Origin: Acidimicrobiales bacterium
GTDB taxonomy: Bacteria; Actinomycetota; Acidimicrobiia; Acidimicrobiales; RAAP-2
DNA length: 64,000 nucleotides
Reading direction: 5' to 3'
Assembly (NCBI GenBank): GCA_035503015.1
Contig: DATJTU010000118.1
Span: 573 to 64,572 of the forward strand
This document shows, piece by piece, positions 35,105 through 44,459 of the stretch. The notes under the pieces were generated by a model, which saw only the letters and a program-made list of their open reading frames with translations, searched no databases and was not told the DNA's origin. The stretch's first letter is position 1. The number at the start of each line of letters is the position of its first letter. Position numbers and translations under genes: made by a program.

Positions 35105-35701
35105 TCAGGTTCCTCCGGAATTGCCCCCGAGACCCGGACCGCCGCCCGTCGGGTTCACGAAGACCTTGGCCACGAACCCCGAGGGTTCAAGGGTGTACGA
35201 CACCGGGCCGCCGTTGGGAGGGGTCCAGGTGAACGTGCCGCCGGGAGGGATCGTCCCCGAGTCGACGGGGTAGAACTTGAAGTCGTCGAAGATGATCCGC
35301 TGCGGGCTCTTGGTGAGGTTGTACCAGACCACAGGCGTCCCCCCGCTGGACTGGAGCTCCTGCGGGAAGACTCGCCCTGCCTTGATGATGATGTTCTGCC
35401 CCGGATTGAGGCCGGGCTGAATGGTCTGGCCCTGCTCATTCGGGAGGGTCGTGGTGGGGTCGGCCGCACCGATCGAGCCCGTGCCGTAACTCACTCGCAT
35501 CGGTGCGTTGGTTGCGGACTGGCCCTTGGGTTGTGCGCCCACGAGCTTGTCCGACGACGTCGTGGTGGACGACTGCTGGCTCGATCCTGCGCCGGCACCC
35601 CCGCCGCATGCGGCCAACCCCAAGGCAGGAAGGGACAGCATCAGCACGGTGCCGAAGAGCGTGGCGGCGCGTCGGCGCCGAAAACCCAGATGAAGCCGCA
35701 T
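35105..35701 (-). CDS. Lipoprotein (lipobox LGLAAC), beta-sandwich/cupredoxin-like impression
   Basis: The ATG at 35699-35701 gives MRLHLGFRRRRAATLFGTVLMLSLPALGLAACGGG. The mature part includes IIIKAGRVFPQEL...VVWYNLTKSPQRIIFDD...IPPGGTFTWT. No obvious Cu ligands. Confidence 0.55.
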   Translation of the reverse strand: MRLHLGFRRRRAATLFGTVLMLSLPALGLAACGGGAGAGSSQQSSTTTSSDKLVGAQPKGQSATNAPMRVSYGTGSIGAADPTTTLPNEQGQTIQPGLNPGQNIIIKAGRVFPQELQSSGGTPVVWYNLTKSPQRIIFDDFKFYPVDSGTIPPGGTFTWTPPNGGPVSYTLEPSGFVAKVFVNPTGGGPGLGGNSGGT

Positions 35702-35720
35702 TACACCGACACTCCTCACG

Positions 35721-36752
35721 TCACACCGTGGCGGGCAAGAACCCGATGATGCTCTCGCAGGTGAACAGTGCGACGAGGAGCAGCACCGGCACGGCGAGAA
35801 CGTACACCACGACCGGCTGATCCCAATGTCGGAGCAACCACGCGGCAACGCTGAGAAGCGCGAAGAACAAGAGGCACCAGAATACGGCGAGGAGGCCTGA
35901 CGCCGAATCCCCCGTCAGCCCGAGCTCGGCTTGGTCCGCATGGAACTTCGGCTTCGTGGTGCCGGGGAGCGGCTTGCCATCGAGGGTGGCCAACACTGCG
36001 AGCCTGCCCTGCGGGAAGATCCCCGACGCCGCTGTCACCAGCGTCAGGCGGTTGGCCTTTGTCTGCGTCACGACGTCGTGGCGGCCACCGTGCGCGTAGA
36101 CGACTCTCGTCACCGTGTAGCTGTAGGTGCCGAATCCATCCACCACCTTGATCAGCTGCCCCTTCTTGAGCGATCCGATTCCGCCGAAAGGCGCCCCGAA
36201 TGTCGCGCGGCGTCCTGCAATTACGGCGTTCCCGGGTTGCCCCGGCATCGACGTCGTCGGCATGTGTCCCGGTCCGCTCCGCAGGTCCTGGGCATCACTG
36301 CCCTCGACGACGGCGTCCACGACGTGGAGCGAGGGAATCTCGAGAATCGCGACGGGACTGCCCTCGGTTGGCGTTTTTCCCTGCGCGAGCTCGTACGTCT
36401 TGGCTGGGTTGGCCGAGATCTGTTGCAAGAGGTTGTGCTGCGCTCGTGCGGCGGTGAGGGGTGTGAACAAATAGATGTAGGCAAGCAGGAGAATGATCAA
36501 TACGCCCAGGCCGAAGATAAGAGGCCCGGCCACGCGTGGCCGCAACACCACGGCCAAGCCAGCGCCGACCCAGCCGGCAACGCGGTCGTACAGCACGCGA
36601 AGCTTCGTCGGCTCCTGACCCCGGACCTCTTGCCCGAGGACGTCCGATACGTTCGGGGGCACCGGCCCTTGGGGGTGCTCCGCGCCATCTGACATGTGCT
36701 CCGTGCCGGCCGACACCTCCTCGGCCTGGTCCAAGAAGGTGAGGCCCTCCAT
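35721..36752 (-). CDS. Sortase (class E-like) homologue lacking the catalytic His and Cys
   Basis: N-terminal TM, then the sortase-fold blocks VAILEIPSL, LRSGPGHMPTTSMPGQPGNAVIAGRRATFGAPF (canonical AGHR) and NRLTLVTAASG (canonical TLxTC). The Arg in QGRLAVLA is retained. There are extra C-terminal TM helices. The ATG shares one nt with the upstream TGA. Confidence 0.75.
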   Translation of the reverse strand: MEGLTFLDQAEEVSAGTEHMSDGAEHPQGPVPPNVSDVLGQEVRGQEPTKLRVLYDRVAGWVGAGLAVVLRPRVAGPLIFGLGVLIILLLAYIYLFTPLTAARAQHNLLQQISANPAKTYELAQGKTPTEGSPVAILEIPSLHVVDAVVEGSDAQDLRSGPGHMPTTSMPGQPGNAVIAGRRATFGAPFGGIGSLKKGQLIKVVDGFGTYSYTVTRVVYAHGGRHDVVTQTKANRLTLVTAASGIFPQGRLAVLATLDGKPLPGTTKPKFHADQAELGLTGDSASGLLAVFWCLLFFALLSVAAWLLRHWDQPVVVYVLAVPVLLLVALFTCESIIGFLPATV

Positions 36753-39481
36753 CAGCCCTCCTCCGGCGGCCCTGGGCCGCTCGGGCTGCCGATGTCCTCA
36801 CCGTCTCCTGCAGCGCGTGGTCTTCGCAGGCCCGGATACATGTAAAGCAACGGTCCGCCGAGCAGGCACAACAAGGCAAGGATCAACAGAGTGGGCACGA
36901 AGTACCGGTTGTCGCCCACGGTGACCGTGATGAAGTGCCCGATGAAGCCACCGCCTGACGAGCCGTTGCCGGAACTGGCTGCGGTCCCGGCGGGTGTGGA
37001 GGCGCCAGGCGACGAGCCATGGCCGCTTCCACCTCTGGAGCTGGCCGACGTGCTGCCGCCGTGCGCTCCGGCCGCTGCCGCGTTCGTCGTTGCGCCCGCG
37101 CCACCGCCCGTGCTCGCGTTCGTCGACGACCCAGAGCCGCTGCCCGAACCGCCCGACCCGGAACCGCTCGACCCAGTGATGTCGGTGGCGATCTCGGTCA
37201 TCGCCTGGTTGTACAAGCTGTCGGGTAGAGCGACGTATCCGGCGGGGAGCGGCGACGAGCTGGTCCCGTCGTCGTGCGAGTAATTGACCAAGTTCGTCAG
37301 GAGGTTCTTCAACTCGGTGGCCTGGGTGGCGGAAGACTGCGGATTCGTCGAGACGAGCGCGTACGTGACCATGGGCAAGGGATACGCAGCCGGGTCACCC
37401 GTGTCGTCGTAGTTCGGCGTGATGGTGCCGTCAGGGTTGGCCTTGGCGTCGTTGATGGCGGCAGTGATGCCTGACGCGCTCGGGGCGACGAAGGCTCCAG
37501 CGGCGTTCTGGAGGCTGGCGGGAAGCAGCCCGTAGAAGTCGGCCTCCGAGCTGTCCATGGCGCTGAACGCGAACCCGCCGCTCCCGCCGTACGAGGCCAC
37601 CGCCTTCTGCATGATGCCCGTCGCGCTGAGAGGCTGGCTCGAGGGCTGATAGTTGTATTGGTTGGCACCTGCCTTGTCGGCCATGTCGATCGGGAAGGCC
37701 GACACCCCTTGGCATTTGCTCGCGGGGTACGACACGTTGTGAAGGACCAAACCTGGCTCGTTGCCGTCGGGGTTCTTGTTCTTTCTCGTCTTTCCTGCGA
37801 CCGGGTCTTGCTCCGCGTTGGTAAGCAGCTGCTGACCGCTCAGGATATCGGTCACGTTCGCTGTGCCGCCGTAGGGAAGGGTGACGGGATACGCAGTGTT
37901 GGGCGCGTCGCACATCCACGACGTGCTCTCGAAGGTCGCGCCGCTTCCCGTCGAGGGCCACATCGCCGCGAGAGTCTCTTCGTTCACGGGACTGCCGCCT
38001 CGCTGGAACGGCCACGGGTTCAAGAGCGCGAAGCCCGTGTCGCCGAAGTAGAGCTGCTGTGGGGGTGTGGCGCCACCAGTTTCGCCGATGTACTCGTTTC
38101 CGGGATCGTTTGCGAAGTTGCCGAGATAATTGAACTGGGTGAAAGAGAGGCGCTTCGACTCGATGAGCGCCGCTGGTTGAGACACGTCGACGTTGGCGGT
38201 CTTTCCCTTCGAGGTCTCCACCAGCCACGATTTCCCCTGGTTGGTCGTCGTCTCTGTGCACGAGCTTCCCGAAATCTCGTTGCAGACGTCGTCGTTCGGC
38301 CTGCCGAGCCCGGCAACGGCACTGGTCCAGGTTTGAGTCATGATGCCCGCTGCCTGCGCGGGTGTGAGCTGGTATGAGTCCAATGGGTAGGTGATCGCGT
38401 TCGAACCGAGCGTGATGCCGGCTGCGCCATCAAAGGCGATCTCGGTCGCCGACACAGCGATCGGGATGTACGCGACCTTCCCGCCTGCGGCCTTTTCCTC
38501 GGCCAACGTCCCCGGGTCCTCCGGGTCGTCGGTGAAGGTCACGGGCACCGAGCCGTTGATGACGTTGTAGATAGGGCAGTTCGTTCCCCCACCGGTCGCG
38601 CAACCCGAATCGTCAGTCGAGTTGAGCTCGGTCGGCAATGCAGCGACGCCGTTCGGTCCGTTGCAGGTGGCCTGTCCCGCGGCGGGGATGAACTGGGTGG
38701 CGCTGTAGGAGGCCGTCACGTTCATGACGGGAGCGTTCGCGCATCCGTTTCCGCCCGAGCTGAATGTCAACGGGAAGATAACGGTGTGGCCGATGGGAGA
38801 GTACGGATTCGTCCCATTGGAACTGTTCGGAGGTAGACCCGCCCCCAAGAGGTCGTTGATGTCCGCGCTCGGAATGTCCATGACCTCGACACCGCACGGA
38901 TTCGGTCCGTTGTCACAGAAGAAGGAGCTGGTCTGGTTCGTGGGAGGAAGCAGGAGCTGGTCGCTCGTCTGGGAGATGATCGGATTCGTGCCGGAAACGG
39001 TTGGATCAGCGAACTCTGACGGGATCGCCATGATGGTCTGGTTCGACGTCACCGTCCCGTACTCGTACTGCTCCGGTTCGGCGGTGGGTGTCTGCCCCGG
39101 TTGGGGTACCGAGGAGGCGCACTGTGGCTCGTTGAGGACCTGTGTGCCGGTGCCCTTGAGCGAGCAATACGCGACTTCCAGCTCGTCCCCGACTGGGACG
39201 CCGCTGACGTCGACGTACACCGCCTGATTGAGCCCTACGTTCGTGACGGGACCCGCATCCGCCGTGAACGGCGTGGTGACCTGCTCGCAACTTGCGGTCT
39301 CAGGCGGGCAGGACGACGAGTCGTGCGGCGTCACGATTTGCGTGCCCTGGGGCATCACCAGTTTCGCCTTGCGAGCCACCGCAGCCCCGCCGTGCCCCGA
39401 GGTGAGGACGAGGAGGGTGAGGCACGCAACCACCAGCGCTGCGGTCAACCGCAGGACGCGCCCGGAGCGGGTCAGAGCCAT
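36752..39481 (-). CDS. 909-aa secreted PstS-fold giant with a Gly/Ser linker and a C-terminal TM anchor
   Basis: ATG at 39479-39481 (MALTRSGRVLRLTAALVVACLTLLVL). Degenerate PstS blocks KVAYIPIAVSATEIAF, MWPSTGSGATFESTSW, GGFAFSAMD, AAYPLPMVTYALVS and LPAGYVALPDSL. A GSSGSGSGGSGSGSGSS linker precedes the TM LLILALLCLLGGPLLYMY. Confidence 0.65.
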   Translation of the reverse strand: MALTRSGRVLRLTAALVVACLTLLVLTSGHGGAAVARKAKLVMPQGTQIVTPHDSSSCPPETASCEQVTTPFTADAGPVTNVGLNQAVYVDVSGVPVGDELEVAYCSLKGTGTQVLNEPQCASSVPQPGQTPTAEPEQYEYGTVTSNQTIMAIPSEFADPTVSGTNPIISQTSDQLLLPPTNQTSSFFCDNGPNPCGVEVMDIPSADINDLLGAGLPPNSSNGTNPYSPIGHTVIFPLTFSSGGNGCANAPVMNVTASYSATQFIPAAGQATCNGPNGVAALPTELNSTDDSGCATGGGTNCPIYNVINGSVPVTFTDDPEDPGTLAEEKAAGGKVAYIPIAVSATEIAFDGAAGITLGSNAITYPLDSYQLTPAQAAGIMTQTWTSAVAGLGRPNDDVCNEISGSSCTETTTNQGKSWLVETSKGKTANVDVSQPAALIESKRLSFTQFNYLGNFANDPGNEYIGETGGATPPQQLYFGDTGFALLNPWPFQRGGSPVNEETLAAMWPSTGSGATFESTSWMCDAPNTAYPVTLPYGGTANVTDILSGQQLLTNAEQDPVAGKTRKNKNPDGNEPGLVLHNVSYPASKCQGVSAFPIDMADKAGANQYNYQPSSQPLSATGIMQKAVASYGGSGGFAFSAMDSSEADFYGLLPASLQNAAGAFVAPSASGITAAINDAKANPDGTITPNYDDTGDPAAYPLPMVTYALVSTNPQSSATQATELKNLLTNLVNYSHDDGTSSSPLPAGYVALPDSLYNQAMTEIATDITGSSGSGSGGSGSGSGSSTNASTGGGAGATTNAAAAGAHGGSTSASSRGGSGHGSSPGASTPAGTAASSGNGSSGGGFIGHFITVTVGDNRYFVPTLLILALLCLLGGPLLYMYPGLRRPRAAGDGEDIGSPSGPGPPEEG

Positions 39482-39482
39482 C

Positions 39483-41159
39483 TCACGTGGCTCCCGTCTC
39501 GCTGCCTCGCTCGCGCCGGCGCCTCGTCGTGACCCACAGGACGAGCGGGACTCCGATGATGACGAGGGCGAACACGGTCGACCACAGGGCAACCTGCGCC
39601 GGCGACCACTTGGAGAGCGCGCCGGCGGACGCATTCGTCAGTCCGCTTTGGCGGGCAAGGGCCTGCTGCGCGTTGTTCAAGGGGTTGAGCGCCTTCTTCA
39701 ACTGAGCGGCGGCAGCGGCCGCAGACGCGGCGCTCGTGGCGCCGGCCGTGGTGGTCGAGGTCCCGGTCCCTCCCTTGGACGTGCTCCCGCCGACGGCCGT
39801 CGTCGCGTGGGCGGCTCCAACGGCAGCAACCGCCGCGCCGGCACCGGTCAGGTCGCTGCCCGGATTCGTGGTGCCGACCACCGTGGGGCCGCCGACGGGT
39901 TGGAGCGCGCCAGTGATGTACGGATTTGCGCACGTCGAAGGAGTCGGAGGGGGAGGCGACGTGCCGCCCGGGAGCCGGCCCGCCGCCTGGAAATCGTCCT
40001 CGACGAGGTTCGGAGGTATCGGTGAGTAACCCAAACTCGCCATTTGGCTCTGGCCCCCGCACGCGACATAGGAGATGAACTGGGACAGCTCGGATCCCTG
40101 CCCCGAGCCCATCGTGACTGGGCCGCCGCTGTCGCACGCGAAGTTCTGCGCTGCGGCCTGCGACGGCACGCACTGCGCGATGAAGTAGCTGTAGGCCGAG
40201 ATCGGATACGCGTCCGGGTTGGGGTTGGTGTAGACGCCACCGAGGTTCTGGGTCAGGTCGGAATAGAGGATCGCCGCCGTCAGCGCGACCGCGACGTTGT
40301 ACGAGTCCGGCTGCACGGGCTGGCCGGCGGCGTTGATCACCGATGCGACGGGAAGATGGACGTTCTTCGCGTATGCGTACTCGACGTAGGCGATCCCGCC
40401 TTGGTTCTGCGCCGGGCCTTGCGAGGCCGCGTCGGAACCGTTGACGCCCTCGAGACTGTTCAAGTTCTGCGGGACGCCGTTACTGAACGACGCCCAGGTG
40501 GCGGACGGCGTGCCGGGGGTGGTGGGCACCGATGCTTCTTGCTGAAACGTGGTGATCGGGCCCGGGTCCACGTGCAAGAAGTAGTCGGAGAGGAGATAGT
40601 TCTCGCCGGACGCGTCACTGCGGTAGTAGGCCGTGATCGGCTGGTTCGGCATCGGAATGTTGGGGTTCAGGGCCTGGATCTGCGGGTTGTTCCAGTTCTT
40701 GATCGAGCCGGTGAAGATCCCGAGCAACGTCGGGCCATTCAGGATCAGGTTGGTGACCCGCTGCCCGTTGGCGGCCTGGAGGTTGTACTCGAAGGCCAGG
40801 CCGCCGGCGACGTCGGGCATGTACTGGAACGGGTAGGGCACCTGCGAGGTGGAGCAAATCGACTGCTGGGTCGCGTAGGAGATGTCCGTCGCCCCGAAGT
40901 CGACCGTCTTTTGGCAGAACGCGTTCATGCCGAGGATCGAACTGGACACGGTGAAGTTGATGTCGCCGCCGTATTCCTCGTTGAACTGGCCTTCCCACTG
41001 GGTGATGGCGACACCGGCGAAGCTCGACCCCGTGGAGATGAGCTGGGGGTTCGAGGCGCCCGCCGGATCGGGCGTTGAGCCCAGTTGGCCGGCGATGCCG
41101 ATGACACCCGTCAGCGTCACGGCGACCCAGAGCAGGGCGGCAAGTGGGCGTCGCGTCAT
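39483..41159 (-). CDS. pstS: Phosphate-binding protein PstS family with a C-terminal extension and TM anchor
   Basis: Blocks [60 protein letters not shown] and LGYSPIPP. The ATG overlaps the pstB stop (ATGA). The tail is [20 protein letters not shown] plus RRRRER. Confidence 0.8.
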   Translation of the reverse strand: MTRRPLAALLWVAVTLTGVIGIAGQLGSTPDPAGASNPQLISTGSSFAGVAITQWEGQFNEEYGGDINFTVSSSILGMNAFCQKTVDFGATDISYATQQSICSTSQVPYPFQYMPDVAGGLAFEYNLQAANGQRVTNLILNGPTLLGIFTGSIKNWNNPQIQALNPNIPMPNQPITAYYRSDASGENYLLSDYFLHVDPGPITTFQQEASVPTTPGTPSATWASFSNGVPQNLNSLEGVNGSDAASQGPAQNQGGIAYVEYAYAKNVHLPVASVINAAGQPVQPDSYNVAVALTAAILYSDLTQNLGGVYTNPNPDAYPISAYSYFIAQCVPSQAAAQNFACDSGGPVTMGSGQGSELSQFISYVACGGQSQMASLGYSPIPPNLVEDDFQAAGRLPGGTSPPPPTPSTCANPYITGALQPVGGPTVVGTTNPGSDLTGAGAAVAAVGAAHATTAVGGSTSKGGTGTSTTTAGATSAASAAAAAAQLKKALNPLNNAQQALARQSGLTNASAGALSKWSPAQVALWSTVFALVIIGVPLVLWVTTRRRRERGSETGAT

Positions 41160-42031
41160 CCGAACCTCCCGTGTACGTAGTCAGCGGTCCGCGGATCTGT
41201 GGGATTGGAGAACATCATCTCGGTAGGCCCGGACTCGACGACGTGCCCCGGTTGACCCTCGGCCGCGAGGAAGAAAGCGCACATGTCGGAAACCCGCTGG
41301 GCCTGTTGCATGTTGTGGGTCACGATGATCACGGTGACCTCGTGGGCGATCTCGCGGATGGTCTCCTCGATCCGGTTGGTCGACGTGGGGTCCAAGGCTG
41401 AGCAGGGCTCGTCCATGAGGAGCACCCTCGGACGCACCGCCAGGGCGCGCGCGATGCAGAGCCGTTGCTGCTGACCACCGGACAGCGAGCCACCCAACTC
41501 GTTCAGGCGCTCCTTGACTTCGTTCCACAGGCCGGCCTTGGTGAGCATCTCCTCGACGAGCAAGCGTCGGTCATGCGAGCTGAGCTTGATGCGCGAGAAC
41601 TTCAGACCGGCCAGCACGTTCTCCTCGATGGTCATGGCGGGGAACGGGTTGGGCTTCTGGAACACCATGCCGATGTGCTTGCGGCTCTCGGTTGCGCGCA
41701 GGCCGCCCCCGTAGATGTCGACGCCGTCCAGCTCGACCCGGCCCGCCAGCTGGGCTCCGGGAACGAGCTCGTGCATCCGGTTGAGGATCCGCAGGTAGGT
41801 GGACTTGCCGCACCCCGATGGGCCGATCAACGCCGTCACCTCGTTCGGCTCCATGGTCAACGAGACCATTTCGAGGACGAGGCGGCCACTGAACCAGGCG
41901 CAGACCCCGTATGTCTCGAGCTTCGCCGGCTGGACGATCGGCGTCGCTACCGTCGAGGGCTGAGCAACGGTCGGCACCTCGGCGGTCGGTGCTTCGCCCG
42001 GCCTCGAGCGCTCGCGTGAGAAGACCTTCAT
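41156..42031 (-). CDS. pstB: Phosphate ABC transporter ATP-binding protein
   Basis: 291 aa from the ATG at 42029-42031. Blocks [65 protein letters not shown] and ADYVHGRFG. Confidence 0.95.
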   Translation of the reverse strand: MKVFSRERSRPGEAPTAEVPTVAQPSTVATPIVQPAKLETYGVCAWFSGRLVLEMVSLTMEPNEVTALIGPSGCGKSTYLRILNRMHELVPGAQLAGRVELDGVDIYGGGLRATESRKHIGMVFQKPNPFPAMTIEENVLAGLKFSRIKLSSHDRRLLVEEMLTKAGLWNEVKERLNELGGSLSGGQQQRLCIARALAVRPRVLLMDEPCSALDPTSTNRIEETIREIAHEVTVIIVTHNMQQAQRVSDMCAFFLAAEGQPGHVVESGPTEMMFSNPTDPRTADYVHGRFG

Positions 42032-43278
42032 TCGCTCACCATCTGCTTCACCCAGTGGAACGGCGCGACGACGATCCGACGCAACCGGCCCTTCTTGGTC
42101 GAACGCCGTCCGAGCAACCGTGCCACCACGAACAGGATCAGCACGAGCACCAGGAGGACGAAGGCGGCGGTGAACGCGACCTGCTGCACCACGGCCTGGG
42201 CCTGGAAGATGTTCTGGTACAGGACGAGCGGCAGAGCGCCTTGCGGACCGTGGAAGACGTTGGCGTTCAAGGTGTTGGCGCCGAAGGCGGTAAAGATCAG
42301 CGGGGCCGTCTCCCCGGCGGCGATGGCGACACCGAGCACGACAGCGGTGACGAGCCCCGAGCGGGCAGTCGGGAGGACGACCTGGCGCACAGTCCGCCAC
42401 TCGGACGCCCCCAGCGCGAGCGACGCTTCTCGGAGCCCACCGGGGACCACGCGCAGCACCTCCTCGGTCGTCCTCGTCACCGAGGGAAGCATGAGGACGA
42501 ACAGCGCCATCGCCGCGGCGAATCCGGAGTAGCCGAGAGTGTGGGGCACGATGAAAATCGCGTAGATGAACACGCCGGCGACGATCGAGGGAACGCCGCT
42601 CATCGCCGTCACGATGGTGCGGACGAACCGCGTCCCAAACCCCCCGACCTCGTTGAGGAAGACGGCGGTCAGGAACGCCAGCGGGACGGCCATGGCGGCC
42701 GCCAATCCGACCTGCTCCAGGGTTCCCACGATCGCGTGGCCGACTCCCACCTGGTTGAACAGTGAGGTGCCTTCGGCCGGCTGGTAGTCCGCCAAGGTCC
42801 GCCACAAGAACCCGATCGTGAAGTGGGCGACGCCTCGGATGAACACCCAGATGACGATGTAGAGCAAGGCTCCGATGACAACCGCCGCGCATGACCCCAC
42901 GACAGTCGTGATCACACGGTCGGTAGCAGCGGAACGATCGACGACCTGGTTGGTGACCACCCAGAAGACGGCGAGGAAGCAGGCATACCAGCAGAGCCCG
43001 AAGCCGAAAGCACCCGACAACAAGGTCAGTTGGTAGAAGAGAATCCACACGACCGCGAACGAGGACACGGCGGAACCGACCAAGAGTGCAACGCCCTGCG
43101 CTCCGAAGTCTCGCGTTCGCCGCGGCGGCGCCAGGGGTGCCACCCGCCGGACGTCGCCGGTCAGGACGGCGTGGCTCAGCGTGCCGTCGAGCCCTCCTGT
43201 TGCACGGGCTGCCGCACCATTTCCGTTCGCCGCAGTGGGCGCCTCGAGGAGATCGCGTACGTCGAGGGGGCTGGTCAC
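42028..43278 (-). CDS. pstA: Phosphate ABC transporter permease PstA
   Basis: GTG at 43276-43278 overlaps the pstC stop (GTGA). EAA-loop region [22 protein letters not shown]. Six TM helices plus an N-terminal extension. Confidence 0.9.
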   Translation of the reverse strand: MTSPLDVRDLLEAPTAANGNGAAARATGGLDGTLSHAVLTGDVRRVAPLAPPRRTRDFGAQGVALLVGSAVSSFAVVWILFYQLTLLSGAFGFGLCWYACFLAVFWVVTNQVVDRSAATDRVITTVVGSCAAVVIGALLYIVIWVFIRGVAHFTIGFLWRTLADYQPAEGTSLFNQVGVGHAIVGTLEQVGLAAAMAVPLAFLTAVFLNEVGGFGTRFVRTIVTAMSGVPSIVAGVFIYAIFIVPHTLGYSGFAAAMALFVLMLPSVTRTTEEVLRVVPGGLREASLALGASEWRTVRQVVLPTARSGLVTAVVLGVAIAAGETAPLIFTAFGANTLNANVFHGPQGALPLVLYQNIFQAQAVVQQVAFTAAFVLLVLVLILFVVARLLGRRSTKKGRLRRIVVAPFHWVKQMVSE

Positions 43279-44270
43279 AGCTCCACCCCCTTCCCGCTTC
43301 GGGAACGGTTGACGATCAGGGAGGCGATCAGGTTGACGATGAGGGTGAACGTGAACAGCACGAACCCGAGCATCAGCAAGTCGTCCGTGCCGAGCTTTCC
43401 GCCTGCACCGAATTCGGCCGCGATGAACGAGGCGACCGTCGTCCCGCCGTGCTCGAGGATGTGCGGCGAGATCACGAAGTCCAGGCCGAGAAGCACGTAG
43501 ACGGCGATCGTCTCGCCCAACGCCCGGCCGAGGCCCAGCATCGACGCGCCGATGATGCCGCCCCGACCGAACGGAAGGACCACCGTGCGGATCATCTGCG
43601 ACTTGGTGGCACCGAGCGCGAGCGCCCCTTCGCGCTCTCCGGGCGGCGCCAGACTGAACACCTCGCGAGACACCGAGGCCACGATGGGCACGATCATCAG
43701 CCCGACGATGAGTCCCGCGATGAAGAAGGAGCCGTTGAAGGGGGGTGTCGAGGCCGAAAAGAGTGGGATGAAGGAGAGATGGCGCACCATCCACGAGGTC
43801 GTCCCGGTGATCTCCGGTTGGAACTGGTGTAACGCCCAAAGGCCGAAGATGATGCTCGGGATGGCGGCGCCGAGGTCGACCATCGCGATGAGTGCCCGCT
43901 TCGCCTGGATCGGCGCGTACTCGTTGATGAACAGCGCGGTTCCGATTGCGACCGGGACTCCGAAAATGACCGCAACCAGTGACGTGACGATGGTGCCGTA
44001 CATCTGTGCCAGCGCACCGAAGTGATAGGGCTTGTGGAGGGTCGAGTATCCCGACGTGGTGAAGTAGCGAAAGCCCATCGCCCGCAGAGCGGGAAGGCCG
44101 CGCCAGAGCAAGAAGAAGCCGATCAGGAAGAGGATGGCGAATGCGGTGAACCCCGCCGCTCTCGCCACCGCACGGAAGATCCGGTCTTCCTTCGATCGGT
44201 CATTGGGGACCGTGATGGGTCGCGGCACGGCGTGGCCCACAGCGGGGGACGCAAGGGTGTCGGTGGACAT
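43275..44270 (-). CDS. pstC: Phosphate ABC transporter permease PstC
   Basis: 331 aa. EAA-loop [22 protein letters not shown], followed by [11 protein letters not shown]. Confidence 0.9.
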   Translation of the reverse strand: MSTDTLASPAVGHAVPRPITVPNDRSKEDRIFRAVARAAGFTAFAILFLIGFFLLWRGLPALRAMGFRYFTTSGYSTLHKPYHFGALAQMYGTIVTSLVAVIFGVPVAIGTALFINEYAPIQAKRALIAMVDLGAAIPSIIFGLWALHQFQPEITGTTSWMVRHLSFIPLFSASTPPFNGSFFIAGLIVGLMIVPIVASVSREVFSLAPPGEREGALALGATKSQMIRTVVLPFGRGGIIGASMLGLGRALGETIAVYVLLGLDFVISPHILEHGGTTVASFIAAEFGAGGKLGTDDLLMLGFVLFTFTLIVNLIASLIVNRSRSGKGVEL

Positions 44271-44308
44271 GTCGACGAGTGCTTTGATCCTCTTCAGGGA
44301 GCCGCGGG

Positions 44309-44372
44309 TACCGGGATCAAGCTACCGGCCGGAGATTACCGGACCCTGTCGTGGAGGTGAACGCCCGGTAAC
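44309..44372 (-). promoter_or_regulatory. Periodic TACCGG repeats upstream of pstC
   Basis: TACCGG occurs at 44309, 44323 and 44337 (exact 14-nt spacing), with an inverted copy CCGGTA at 44365 (28 nt further on). The site lies 39-100 nt upstream of the pstC ATG (44270). The 9-mer CCCGGTAAC at 44364-44372 recurs as its reverse complement GTTACCGGG at 35055-35063. Confidence 0.35.
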
Positions 44373-44459
44373 ACTTGGCTGCGCCGTTGCTGCGATGTGC
44401 TCGGCGAGTTTGCTTCCGTCTCGTCCGGGTCATTTCGCCTGGGCGTGGACGGAACACAC

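Noticed and set aside
35721-41159. A search for LPXTG/LAXTG-type sortase substrates in the operon and neighbouring secreted proteins.
   Set aside because: No such pentapeptide precedes any of the C-terminal hydrophobic helices, so I do not annotate these proteins as sortase substrates.
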